A stretch of DNA of 43,823 nucleotides. Source: Nemertoderma westbladi. Its lineage: Eukaryota; Animalia; Xenacoelomorpha. The notes under the pieces were generated by a model. It searched no databases, was not told where the DNA came from, and worked only from the letters and a program-made list of their open reading frames with translations. The translations under genes were made by a program, and so were the position numbers. Of this stretch, positions 22,487 through 35,544 are shown piece by piece; within the stretch, counting starts at the first letter, position 1, and each line of letters starts with the position of its first letter. The stretch is taken from positions 1 to 43,823 of the forward strand of contig JAUCBJ010003988.1 of NCBI GenBank assembly GCA_032718475.1. Reading direction: 5' to 3'.

Positions 22487-23152
22487 GTGCAAGTGTGTCT
22501 CCCTGGATGACGCCCCATAACACTTCAAATGGTTCTGTGTCACCGTCAACAGTAGACAGAAATGTTGTCAAACCATCGTATACTGATCTGATTGCTGCAA
22601 TAATTTCATCAGGAATCCCATATAATCAAAATATGCTGAACATACGTGAGCGAGAGACTAAATCAAAGGCCTTGAAGAAGTCAACAAAGATAATAGCCAG
22701 ATGCCTGTCTTTCTTTTTTGATAACTCTTCAATTATTCTTCAGTGCCAAAAGGGGCTCCATGGTCCCACGACCTTTACGGAACCCAATCTGATTTCCACG
22801 GAGCAGTCTCTCAATGGGATCCCTGATGCGATTTAATAGAATCCTATTGTATAGCTTTGCAGCAATCGAGATCAATGAGATTCCCCGAAAAGGACCATAG
22901 AGTGTTAGGTTGCCTTTCTTGGGAACTGGCACCAACTTATTTATTTTCATTTCATGTGGGGCTCTTGTTGTACGGTACATGTCTACTATGATGGGATAGA
23001 TGATCTTTAAACACTCAGGTATTTTAAAGACCTCAGGGGGAACTCCATCTACTCCACTGGCACGATTGGTCTTAATGCTCTTTGCAGCAGCTTTCACTTC
23101 TGCAAAGGAGATATCGCCAATGGGAATATCTGGGAGTATAGACTCAGACACT
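22487..23152 (-). mobile_element. RTE-type LINE internal fragment, inverted copy of ~17975-18642
   Basis: SESILPDIPIGD..RASGVDGVPPE..VPVPKKGNL..GFRKGRGTMEP near-identical to the plus-strand copy. Confidence 0.9.
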
Positions 23153-24584
23153 TTTACTTCTATAAAGTTATCCAAATCACACAAGATCATAACCAAATGT
23201 CAGTAAGAGTAAAATGTCATTTTTTTTTCAAAAAATGAAAAATGCCGATATCTCGAAAACCAATCGACAGAAAATTATAAAAATACTATTTTTGGGTTTT
23301 TCTTGACCCGACTTTTACTTTTGAATAACACTTGGACATGGTGATTGAATTTTATCAGGCTCATAATTTTGAATAGTGCCGGTTTTAAAAAAAAAAATGA
23401 AAAATTCCGATATCTCGAAAACCAAACTACAGAATATTTTCAAAATAACATTTTTGGGTTTATCTTTTTATCTTTATCTTTTTATCTTGACCTAGTGAAT
23501 AACCATGCAAAACATGGTCCATGTTGATTTTCCAAAGTGGATTTTCAATTTTGGCACGGGGTGCTTGAAGAAGTCAACAAAGTGAATAGCCAGATGTCGG
23601 TCTTTCTTTATTGATAACTCTTCAATCATCCTTCTACTGTAAGTGCCAAAGTACCACATATGTAGGGGAGACGAGGGAGATTTGGCACGTTAGTGCTACT
23701 TAAATTTTATTATAATCATTATCATAAACATTAGTCAATTCGCATTAGCCTCAACTTTTTTTTAAATCGAATCCGATTCGTTACTAACTAACGAACTAAA
23801 TTCGTTATTCTATGCTACGAATTTAATAAGAATCCAGTTGAACATGAACACTCCCCACATAACACACCCAGCCTACGGTAAACAGTAACGGAAAGGAACA
23901 TCAACGGCCTGGGGGATTCCTTGAATTACGCAAAAAATAAACCCTGAAGTTAAACTTGTAAACTTGGAGAAGATTAACATAATAAAGTAAATGGTGCTTG
24001 TCTGCTGATAGTTACTGCATAAATATTGCAAATTAGGCTGTAAATGTATGTAGAACATGGTGTTTAAATTAGGATGCCAAATATCCCTGTTCTCTCTGCC
24101 AAATGTCCTCACGTGTTGGGAGAATCGGCACGTTTGACCTCCGTCTACAAAATCGATCCTAGCGTTTCGAAATCTATTTACAATCAATACAAACTATGAT
24201 TGAAAGATAGCCCATTCAAATCTGAACAAAATGAGAACTCGTATTAAAGAAATGAGTAAACAGATTGGAAGATATTAGCGTATTAGACAAAAACATGCCA
24301 AAATTTTAAATTCAGGTGAGAGAGAGTCGTAAGGGTTGATCCATGAGGAGGGGTGAATCAGAGCCTACATGCTGTTTTGCTATGAATGAAAGTATACTTT
24401 TGCCACCTGTTTTCTAGAACTGATACGACTGTTTAGGAAACCTCCCATTTATTGATTTGACAATTCACCAATAAATATGATGCTTTTCTGGTTGAGAAAT
24501 TATTCAGTTTCCAATTTCGGTATGGATGATTACGTCACTAGTTGGCACTTTTCGTACACAAGCAATTTTAAAAAAAATGGAGTA

Positions 24585-24765
24585 GAGTAGGAGGCTTGAA
24601 TCAAAGGAGGGGTAGGAGGGTTGAATCAAAGGAGGGGTAGGAGGGTTGAATCAAAGGAGGGGTAGGAGGGTTGAATCAAAGGAGGGGTAGGATGGTTGAA
24701 CCATTTCGGATGGATGGGTAGGAGGGTTGAACCACTTCGGATGGATGGGTAGGAGGGTTGAACTA
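24585..24765. repeat. G-rich 25-29-bp tandem repeat (ggaggggtaggagggttgaatcaaa)
   Basis: Directly visible; related inverted motif at ~25260-25300. Confidence 0.8.
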
Positions 24766-26436
24766 CTTTTCTTTTGGTTGTTCTGGATATTTAACTACAG
24801 GTATGGATGGTATTTGGTAGGACTAATCGACTACGCTTGTTTCATTGTTAATTTCTTGTCAACCCGTGGTGGCAGGTAGTAGATAACGGAAGAGGCAGAG
24901 TCGGAAGATGTTCATAGTGAGTCCGAACCATAGCCACAGGCTGGCTATAGTCACTCGAGGGGGGAGAATAATAAACGCACCGGATTACCTATAATTGAAT
25001 TAAATAAACAATAATTAACTCAATGTGAATTTGGCCTATACTCAATTAATCCTCTTCTAATGCATGTGCATGCAATGATATATTTCACTGGTATAGTTGT
25101 AGAATTAAAAAACGACAGTTTTTAATGGAAATAGAGAGTTTATTTGACAAAAGTGTACTACATGTCACTGGCAGACAAACAATAAAAAATTACAGACAAA
25201 CAGACAAAAAGACTAATTTTCATTCATATTTTTATTTTGATAACATTGCTTCTATGGGAGGTTCATCCCTCCTAACCCCCCTGATTCAAGCCTCCTATAT
25301 GGGGTAGGGGGCATGAACCAGAAAACTCGGCTCGGGTAAAGGCTTATTTCTCATATAATACACCATTTTAGAACCTTGTTTATGTTGTATTTCAATAGAT
25401 GCGGAATATATTATTTTAGGTATATTTGTGCAATTTCAGCCTGAAGCTACGATGTGGAACAGAATAAAGCATTTTTTTTTAATAAATTTTCGTTCATCCC
25501 TTCTTGTTCTACCGAACTCCACTGTAGGAAGGACGGACGCTAGACTAGTGATGTGTCAGTGAGTTTGATAGTGAAGTAGAAAATACAAGAAAATATTAAT
25601 AGTAAAGCAAATTACAAGTAAAGCGAAATACAGAAAGTTATCTTACTGTACAGATAATATTCGCGACGTCTAAATAACAATAGTAAATAAATTAATATGC
25701 AAAAACTTTAAAAATATCGGTCAAATAATTTGAAATAAAGTTTATTTACTGTAAATATTTCTGATCATCACCTCCCTTTTATAAAATTTTTTTTCGATTT
25801 CAGAAAGAAATTCAAATGGCAGGGAATATAGTGAGATCCATTCCAAGACGACTGTTTAGAGGCCGCGGCGGTACGCCTACACTTTTCTAAAGTATGCTGA
25901 TTCTTCTCTTCATACATCTACACATGTTGAAGATCTCATGGACACTACTGCCGTTATAGAGGCCTTGAGTAACAATTAGTTATTTCTTTGGAAACATATA
26001 TTCTGTCTTGAAGTTATCTTACTTCTTAGAAATACAGTAGATTAATATGCAATTGTTCCATGCGCAGCATATACTGTATACTGTAAGATATGCGGATATG
26101 GAAAGTAAAGAATGTGCTCGTATTAATTAACTGAATACGAGGGAGTATCTAACAGCCCACCACTATCGCTTCTGCGTCAACCTGCGGTATCTCTATACTG
26201 ACGCATTGATTCACCTCCCAGTATACAGTATCTCTACTGACGCATTGACTCACCTTCCAGTATCTCTCTAACCTTCCACATTCCCATCTTCCTACATACC
26301 AATCTTCCCACATTCCCCTCCCCTTCCTGCATTCCCATCTTCCTACATTCCCATCTTCCTACAATCCCACCGACCTACCCATCAACCCACCAACCGACCG
26401 ACCAACCAACCGGGCCACCCGCACCCACCCATCTAA

Positions 26437-26808
26437 AGCCCTTTTCCGCGCTGCTTTTCTATGTGAGGTTTTTTTGAGCTGTATTTCTAGCTTTTTTTCT
26501 AGCATTTTTCAAGCTTTTTATTGAGCTCTTTTCAAGCTTTTATTTGATTTTTTCAAGCTTGTTATGCTTTTTTCTAACGTTCAGTTAAAATTAAGATAAT
26601 ATGAATGTTCTAGAATTAGATAATTATGATATTCTACCCAGCTTTTTTTGAGCTGTTTTTCAAGCTTTTTTTGGAGCTTTATTCTATATTTTAGGTTTTA
26701 CATCGAAAATTCTCAGATTCATCTTGAAGTAATTAATTTCTAGAAATTGTTTCAACTAAAAAAAAGCTTGGAATAAAGGTCATAAAATAGCAGCGCGGAA
26801 ACGGGCCT
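26437..26808. mobile_element. PIF/Harbinger-like MITE
   Basis: TIRs agcccttttccgcgctgcttttctatg / cataaaatagcagcgcggaaacgggcct; TWA flanks (taa / tta). Confidence 0.6.
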
Positions 26809-26899
26809 TTACCCTAACCACCCCTTTAAATTAACTAACGTTGACTCATTTTGGCTTTCCTGGGCGCTCTGCTCATGCTCTGGGATTGTTCACATGGGG

Positions 26900-29800
26900 C
26901 CAGCAGGGTAGGTGTCTGTGTCTGCTCCAGTTAACCCGCTGGTCTCTGTGTCTGCTCCAGTTAACCCGCTGGTCTCTGTGTATGCTCCAGTTAACCCACT
27001 GGTCTCTGTGTCTGCTCCTGTGAATACACTGGTTTCTGCAGCTGCGTCTGAAACAGTCTCAGCTACTGTGCCTCCCAGTGCACCTGTCACGAACGACTTA
27101 ATCAATATATGCGTATTAAATGCTCAATCTGTCAACAACAAGGCAGCTTTTATTAAGGACTATATGGTGGACAACAAGATTGATATTATGGCAATAACAG
27201 AATCGTGGTTAAAAGGAACTGCAGATGACAATAAGGTGGTTGGTGAAATATGTCCCACGGGTTACACACTACGAGACGAGCCAAGAACCCGATCTAGGGG
27301 TGGAGGCGTGGCCTGCATATATAGATTATGTCTGAAATTGAAACGCTGTCCGTGTGATCTAGTATACGCCAGCTTTGAGTACATTGAGTTCACAATGACA
27401 CACAGTTACACACTTACTCGGATCATCATCATATATCGTACATATCCCTCCCGTGAAAATGGGCTTACAGCTAATTTATTATTTGAACAATTTGCTGACT
27501 TCATGCAACATACAATTACAAAACCGGGAGTAATTGCTATTGTTGGGGATTTTAATTTCCATGTTAGACGTTTCGTCTGATATGGACGCCATAGAATTTA
27601 ATAATATCCTTAGTTGTTTTGGTCTAGTTCAGTTAGTTAACGGGCCGACCCATAGACACGGCCATACGTTGGATTTAGTAGTTACACATAATGATGAGTC
27701 TCACATGTACAGTAGAAGAATGTGTATGCGCGGGACATTGGCCTGTCCGACCACTACGCAGTTCATTTCAATCTGAATCTTTCGAAGCCTGTGGTGACCA
27801 CAGAATCTTTCACATATAGAAATATTAAAAATATCAAGTTAGATGATTTCACAAATGATTTGCGCAATTCTTTGTGTTGCCAGCCACAATTTAGTAACAA
27901 TATTGAGGATGTTGTGCAACTATATAATGATACCCTTACAACCATCATGGATATACATGCCCCGGAGAAATGTAAGACTGTACGTACAGAAATCAAGGCT
28001 GCCTGGTATAGTGTGGACATAGCTAAGGAAAAGAGGAAGCGCCGGCGGTTGGAACGGAAATACCATAAAACTAGACTTACAGTGGATTGTATTGCTTTTA
28101 GAACTCAGTGCAAAGTGGTTTCAGATGCTATTGTTTTTGCAAAGGAATCCTACTATGGGGATATAATCAGAAATAATTCAGGTAACCAAAAGATGCTATA
28201 TTCTGTAATCAATAAACTATTATATCGCAAGAAGAATTGTCTACCGGAACGAGAATCTGATGAGGAGTTAGCTAACGTATTCGGAGAATATTTCGACAAA
28301 AAGATTGAAGGTATACGGAGAGATATATTACACCCTCAACAAGGCTCTCGGCCATCGATTGGGCCCACTGTTCTGACCGAAATAAACGCCCAATCGATTG
28401 GGCCGGTTGCTCATACAGAAACAATTCCTATACTAGTTCGTCCGACATTGGCGGTCTATGGGTACAGTTCCATCTCTGTTTAAGGAGGCAGTGTTAACAC
28501 CAGTTCTTAAGAAGATCAAATTGGACCCAGAAATTCTTAAAAACTTCAGGCCGGTCTCCAACTTGCTTTACATTTCGAAATTAACAGAAAAGGTCGTCGT
28601 AAGCCAGCTGATTCAATATATGAATCTTCACAACCTACATGCGCCGATGCAAAGCGCATACAGGCACCACCACGGAACAGAAACAGCACTTCTTTCAGTA
28701 AATGATTCTATTCTCCGCAGCATCGACTCAGGTTCAGCAGTGCTAGTTGTTCTCTTGGATTTATCTGCAGCATTCGACACGGTTGAACATGATAAACTCT
28801 TAGAAATAACTGGAAATGCACTCAAATGGTTCAAATCATATTTGTCTGATCGTAAACAGCAAGTTCGTGTTGGTAGTCATTATTCTACATACAGAGACCT
28901 AAAGTATGGATTGCCACAAGGTTCTGTGCTCGGGCCGCTACTATTTACAATTTATACACGCTCTTTATCTGCTGTAATAAAAAAGCATGGTTTATCATAC
29001 CATCTGTTTGCTGATGATACTCAAATATATATCAGTTTCAAATCTGTCGGCTTTACTATGGATCATTATATGACGTTCAGTAAACAAATATCTCTAATTG
29101 TTCGCAGTGCGTTTTTCCACATCCGAAATCTATCAAAAATACGGCGGTGTTTAGCAAAACATGACCTCGAAACGCTATTCCACGCATTTATCACCAGCTC
29201 TTTAGATAATAACAATTCGTTGTATTATGGATTGCCAGACAAATATATTAACAAACTACAATATGTCCAGAACTCTGCGGCGCGCCTACTAACAAGCACA
29301 AAGAAACGAGAACATATTAAACCTGTGCTCAAATATCTCCACTGGTTGCCTGTATTGCGACGCATTGACTTTAGGATTGTACTTATAGTATATAAGTGTA
29401 TCAATGGCTACGCTCCGAGCTATTTGCTGACCCGGTACATTCCTCATCGTTCTCTGCGTTCAGGTGATGATGAACTAACTCTGGTTGCGCCTCGTTATCG
29501 GCTAGAAAGTTACGGGAGGCGGGCTTTCTCAGTTGCCGGGCCCCGTTTTTGGAACGCTCTCCCTTATTCCGTCCGCAGTTCACACACCGTGGAATTGTTT
29601 AAGTCGCGGCTGAAAACACACTACTTTTCGTTAGAATACGGTCAATAGGCAAATATATATTTTAATTGTATCCAATACTTGCAACCCTGAATGGACCCCC
29701 CCCCCCCCCCCCCATATACCACTTGATGTGGATTTATCTTTTTATTGAGCTTTGTTTTAATGAGATATCTGCACAGTGTAATAAATAACTTTTTACTTAA

Positions 29801-30012
29801 TATTGTAATTATCAAATCATGACTTTTGTGTGTTCATTATATATTTTTTAATTATTACATACCGTAATTTTTAAACATTGTTGATTTTAAAGTATACAAT
29901 TATTGATTGTAATGTCATTATGTAGTAATTAACTAATTGTGTACGCGTACGTACGCCTTGATTTATTGCCCTCAAAAAGCGCGTTATAAATAAATTATTA
30001 TTATTATTATTA
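26900..30012 (+). mobile_element. L2/CR1-group LINE ORF2 relic (APE endonuclease + RT), frameshifted and internally deleted
   Basis: LNAQSVNNK, ITESWL, RGGGVA, GDFNFH, PTHRHGHTLDLV, SDH (APE); NFRPVSNL, QSAYRHHHGTETAL, LDLSAAFDTV, GLPQGSVLGPLLF, FADDTQIY, LHWLPV (RT); aataaa(tta)n tail; 30-bp tandem repeats at the 5' end. Confidence 0.93.
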
Positions 30013-31457
30013 GGTGCTAAAATGCACAACGAGCAACAATGACCAACAACGAGCAACAATGAGCAACAACGAGCAACAATAGCAACAACGAGCAACAATG
30101 AGCAACAACGAGCAACAATGAGCAACAACGAGCAACAATGAGCAACAACGAGCAACAATGAGCAACAATGAGCAACAACGAGCAATAATAAAGTACAACA
30201 ACGAGTAACAATGAGCAACAACGAGCAACAATGAGCAACAATGACCAACAACGAGCAACAATGAGCAACAACGATCAACAATGAGCAACAACGAGCAACA
30301 ATGAGCAACAACGAGCAACAATTAGCAACAACGAGCAACAACGAATAACAATGAGCAACATTACATTACGGGCATCCTCAAACGTTATAAACCAATAAGA
30401 TTTTACATTATTTCCTCTTGGCAAGTAGACACCATTATCATCAGATTTTGCTTAAGCAATTCAAATTACATCGCGATTCAGTGTGCGTGCATACAAAATC
30501 TTTACGTATTCTACTAGGTTTCGTTTTCAGTTCAAGTTCCTCAGGATTGCAAGGAAGCACATTTAAAATAGTTTTAGAATCCCATGATTGCTTGTCGCTG
30601 CTGGCAGTAACTGTTGCCATTTCATCCCAACCCTCCATTATAAGGGACAGGTAGTTTCAGATTTTATAAAATGGAAATTAGATAGCCCTACATTATACTA
30701 CACTACATTTCATAATACACTTATAACTTATGTTGGGCACAGCTTTTGTAAAGTCGGCGAGTTGTTGCTAATTGCGACTCGTTGTTGTACTTTATTATTG
30801 ATCGTTGTTGCTCATTGTTGCTCATTGTTGCTCATTTGTTGCTCGTTGTTGCTCATTGTTGGTCGTTGTTGCTCATTGTTGCTCGTTGTTGGTCATTGCT
30901 GCTCATTGTTAATCGTTGTTGAACTTTATTATAGCTCGTTGTTGCTCATTGTTGCTCGTTGTTGCTCGTTGTTGCTCATTGTTGCTCGTTGTTGCTCGTC
31001 GTTGCTCATTGTTGCTCATTGTTGCTCAGTGTTGCTCATTGTTGCTCGTTATTGGTCATTGTTGGTCATTGTTGCTCGTTGTTGTACTTTATTATTGCTC
31101 GTTGTTGCTCATTCTTGCTCGTTGTTGCTCGTTATTGCTCATTGTTGCTCGTTGTTGCTCATTGTTGCTCATTGTTGCTCGTTGTTGCTAATTGTTGCTC
31201 ATTGTTGCTCATTTGTTGCTCGTTGTTGCTCATTGTTGCTCGTTGTTGCTCATTGTTGCTCGTTGTTGGTCATTGCTGCTCATTGTTAATCGTTGTTGAA
31301 CTTTATTATAGCTCGTTGTTGCTCATTGTTGCTCGTTGTTGCTAATTGTTGCTCGTTGTTGCTCATTGTTGCTCGTTGTTGCTCATTGTTGCTCGATGTT
31401 GCTCATTGTTGCTCGTTGTTGGTCATTGTTGTTGTTGCCCGTTGTGCATTTAGCACC
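30013..31457. mobile_element. Foldback-type DNA element whose inverted arms are arrays of a 10-bp unit (gagcaacaay), around a ~400-bp unique core; possibly MULE-derived
   Basis: Termini ggtgctaaaatgcacaac / gttgtgcatttagcacc; arrays 30026-30360 and 30760-31440 in opposite orientation; no TSD seen (the L2 tail abuts the left end). Confidence 0.8.
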
Positions 31458-32028
31458 AACCGGCCAGCACATAGTACCGGTACAACTGTAGTATGGTAAT
31501 ACACAGTTACCAAGGACTACTGAAGTAGAGTACAGTACAGTACAGCACATTTTACATTGTACAGTACAGCAGTACAGCAGTACAGCAGTAGTAGGCCTAA
31601 AAAACAGAAACTGAATAAGTGAAATACAATTTTCCCGCGGACCCATTCGACAATTAAATCTGTACTCCATGGACCCGCTTGTCATTGTCAACTCCACTAT
31701 CAACAACAAACTATAAAATACTGAAATACATAAATATCTATACAGCTATATATCCACGGTGGGTGTAGTTCTCGGAAACTCCAACACATTTTGAAGTTAT
31801 CAAACTGTCAAACGTGTTTTTATGCACTTTGGAACAAATTAGAACATGAACCTAGCTGAAATTCGAAAATTTTTGAAATATGAACCACCCTACAGCCCTA
31901 ATGTACACGTAGGCCTACAGTACAACCCATGGTGACATGCGCGGCAGTACGGTACATTCGTCTGTTCGTACATTGCCTGATTGCTGCATTGTATTTTCGT
32001 ACCGGTCCTGAATTTATTTATTACCTGA

Positions 32029-32808
32029 ATGAATACTGATGGTTTCACTGTTGTTAGGCGAAGATTCTCTAACCGTAAACGCGTCTTGGTAAATCACCGC
32101 GGTTCTGGTAACTCTACTGCATCTCAAGCGGACATCGAATACACTGACCCTGTCAGTTTAATATCGACAATCACTCGATATAAACAGGAACTCAGTAGTT
32201 CAGAATACCTCAGAAATTTAAACTCGATTCTTATAGATACAGTCGCTCAACTTATTGTCGGACTTGGCATTGGCCGTCTTGACTGCCCAACTGCAAAATA
32301 TCACCTAGCGTTACTACTAGCAATTAGAGATCGCTTTCCTGGAGTTGAATGTCGAGTTTACGATCCTATTTGGTCGCACTACGACGCACAGGCATTGGCC
32401 GGGTTGAGATTTACTGTCCTAACAGTAAATCCCGCGGGTAAGTACACCGCCACCGTACCTACTCTGTATTTTATGCCGCACTGCGGCAAACCGTTATATA
32501 ATAATCTGCTGTGGAGTAATTGGACTACAGAAAAACTCACACTTTGCACAGTAATTGGCAATAGTTTTTCCGGAATGATTAATAGATCGCCGATCAAAGA
32601 AGTTGAGGAATTACATTTTATTTTAGAAACTACAAAATTTGCCTTGGAATACCCAATACCGAACTCGTTTCGTTTTAGCGATATATTCAACGATCTATCC
32701 TTGCATAAATTCCCCATAAATCAGGTTAATCACGTTATGGACAGTTTGAAACATATGGTTCTAATCAATCCAACATACTTACATTGTAAAGATGAAATTA
32801 TTTCGTAA
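32029..32808 (+). CDS. SRRD: SRR1-like protein, single ORF
   Basis: DGFTVVRRR, GLGIG, YHLALLL, VYDP, TLYFMPHCGKPLYNNLLWSNW, IGNSF, DIFNDLSLH are SRR1-domain motifs. Confidence 0.92.
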   Translation: MNTDGFTVVRRRFSNRKRVLVNHRGSGNSTASQADIEYTDPVSLISTITRYKQELSSSEYLRNLNSILIDTVAQLIVGLGIGRLDCPTAKYHLALLLAIRDRFPGVECRVYDPIWSHYDAQALAGLRFTVLTVNPAGKYTATVPTLYFMPHCGKPLYNNLLWSNWTTEKLTLCTVIGNSFSGMINRSPIKEVEELHFILETTKFALEYPIPNSFRFSDIFNDLSLHKFPINQVNHVMDSLKHMVLINPTYLHCKDEIIS

Positions 32809-33614
32809 TGGAATTATAGGCCTATTTACACAATATATTTGAGTAATGAAAAAATTATTTGTCTTTGCAATAAATATACCTTTGGTTGTAATTTTCTTTT
32901 AACCACGCGTTATTATTAAGAAATTATTAAGCACATATTCAGATAAGGACATGGTGGAGGGTGATGGACGCTATCAAAATTCAAAATCAACGCTAATAAC
33001 AACTGATTACGAGGAAAGTTTAAACTGTAACCGTAAAAATGCAAACACTCGGCCGAGTCCGTAGGCGACCCGAAGACTCCTCTTCCTATAGCTGCTACCC
33101 GAATGTAGGGGTTGGCGATATGAGTTGAATTTCATCTACTAATCTACTAATTTTATCGACTCCATGTAATGAAAGGCTATGGGGACCCTAGATACCAATA
33201 GATTGCAGGTGCTCAACCAAATGAGCTACCCCGTCGTATAAACTGTAACCTTAACCTGTGCTATAAACATTCTTTATTGTTTTGATTATAATAACGAACT
33301 TTATTACTTATATGCCTAAAGTGGTTACAAATATAGTTGTTAATTATAATTTGCACATCACATCACAATGCATTATTTATTATATAAGAGAGATACTTTA
33401 GAGACACTAAATCAAGTTTTCAAACCGGACTTTTAGGTTGTTTATGTTTGTTACGGGTGAACCTGAACAGAACTTACAATAAATTATTATGTAAACTACT
33501 TTAGTATCGTTTCGTTATAATATGTTATTGTTATGTTAGTATGTAGAAAGTTTAGCTAATTTAGTTCATGTTTATGTTATTTCCTATTTATTATCGTTGT
33601 TGAGACCTCCAAAC

Positions 33615-34508
33615 ATGCGACCTTTGATCCATTACCTACTGGCGTTCCGACCGTACTCGTTCGGTGCCAGCGCCACTCCCGTATTCCTGGGGGCGGCTCT
33701 GGCAACCCACTTCGTTACCGTGAGCCCGGCCATCCTCCTGCTAACAATCGCCTCCGTATTATCCGTCCACGGCGCGGGTAACCTGGTTAACACCTACTAC
33801 GACTATATGCGAGGAGTAGACACCAGTGAGCGGGACTGCGACAGAACCTTAGTCGACGACAAACTCACCCCGAACGACGTCGCTTCTCTCAGTTCGCTTT
33901 CCTATTCCCTCGGGTGTTTAACTTTCTTCGCGGCCGCCTCGCTATCTTCAGCTCCCATCGAACTCATTGCTTGTCTGTTCTTCGGGGGCCTCAGTGGCTC
34001 TTTCATATACACGGGGGGTATCGGTCTCAAATACACTGCCTTGGGGGACCTTGCTGCAATCACCCTATTCGGACCCACAGCTGTAACCTACTCCTTCGTG
34101 TTACAAACCGGTCGTTTCTCCTTCACTCCTCTTATATTCGCTATCCCGTTGTCATTGAACACCGAGTCGGTACTCCACGCGAAGAATATCCGTCGTATGG
34201 ATTCGGACACGCGTGTTGGCATTGTGAACTTAGCTATTATCCTCGGGAAGCCACTCTCGTGCGTTCTATACGCTGTACTATTGTTGTCGCCCTACGTGGG
34301 TTTATTTTATTTAACTCTAAACTATTCAGTCTATTTCGCGTTGCCTATAGTTACAATTCCTGTCGCGTTTCGGTTGGAAAAATTGTTGCGGGTCGGGAAT
34401 TTCGATAAGTTTATGTCGGCGATGTTGAATTGCGTTTTTGGTTTCTTATACGTTATAAGTGTATTAGGTTGTAAAAAAAATAATTTGCCGCTGATACAAT
34501 ACTTGTAA
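33615..34508 (+). CDS. UBIAD1: UbiA prenyltransferase domain-containing protein 1 homolog (heix-like)
   Basis: RPYSFGAS, VHGAGNLVNTYYDY..GVD..DRTLVD, FFGGLSGSFIYTGGIGLKY.ALGDL, PLSLNTE, GIVNLAIILG; first ATG at 33615; an upstream exon cannot be excluded. Confidence 0.93.
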   Translation: MRPLIHYLLAFRPYSFGASATPVFLGAALATHFVTVSPAILLLTIASVLSVHGAGNLVNTYYDYMRGVDTSERDCDRTLVDDKLTPNDVASLSSLSYSLGCLTFFAAASLSSAPIELIACLFFGGLSGSFIYTGGIGLKYTALGDLAAITLFGPTAVTYSFVLQTGRFSFTPLIFAIPLSLNTESVLHAKNIRRMDSDTRVGIVNLAIILGKPLSCVLYAVLLLSPYVGLFYLTLNYSVYFALPIVTIPVAFRLEKLLRVGNFDKFMSAMLNCVFGFLYVISVLGCKKNNLPLIQYL

Positions 34509-35544
34509 GTTTTTAATCGGCTCACAATTTTATTTGGCAAATTTACTTTGTTACATTATGTCAATTTATCAGTAGCGCTCTTGTGAAATCCTCATGTATA
34601 TCTCAACTGAATCCTATTTTCAAGCTGAAAAGTACAACTTTACTCCGTTGCGGCCTGGGGTTGGGCTGGAGCGATGAAAAATAAGCAATAAATTAGACAC
34701 AATAAACTTCTACACAATAATATTATCTTAGCATAGTTTTTAATTAGTGGTTATTGGTTAGCTTCCTTATTTTTGTATCACAAAACAGACAAGCATAAAA
34801 TGTATAAGATACAATGGTGCGAATTTGTTGAAGGAATTAAAACAAACAATCTTCCAGCCAATATATTTTGGGATGTTGGCTAGTGGAGAATTTCCGATTT
34901 TCGGATTTGAAATCGCCATATAATTTTCTGTCGGATCAGGCGGGAAAATTAATTATTTTTACTTTTCCAGTTGGTGTACCGTATCTGTCAGCCCACAACC
35001 CCTTCTTATTACAAATGGCTATTTATTTCATCAACATTCCCAAATATTGCAATATTTAGAATAACCAGAACGCCGCCGATAAGTTGATCTAATGTAACAA
35101 CATCCAGCGTTATAAGATCCTAGTTTATTTACTTTAATTTCCTCGCTGCGCTCCTTTAGTACATAAATTAACTCGGGGTCATAAATCTGAAAAGTACTAC
35201 TTTTCACACAATGCCGTAAATATTGTAATTTATTTCTAAGATAACTAGTTCGTTGTTTACAGTTGCCACCGCAATATGTATAACAGTAAGATTTATTTTG
35301 GAACCATTAGTGACATCAGATTAAATTTTTTCTTCAGCAAAACTGCATCCCATATTGTACCCCACCCAACCTACAATTAATTCATGTAATATCCATTACC
35401 TACAACAAACTCTTGCAGTAGGTTTTGAAACTTGGTCTTTTATAACATTTTTATGTGAAGTTTTGGGATTCAAGATTGAATATTAAATACCGGCGGGGAA
35501 AACAGCGGCGATACTGGACGGTAGAATAGAACTGCTATCAGATA

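Noticed and set aside
17975-30012. Active retrotransposons or a prokaryotic RT system (retron, DGR)
   Set aside because: RT motifs are of non-LTR RTE and L2 type with frameshifts, stops and truncations.
29871-31499. Cys/Leu-rich membrane-like ORFs (LLLVVAHCCS)n
   Set aside because: Translations of a stop-free 10-bp satellite in several frames.
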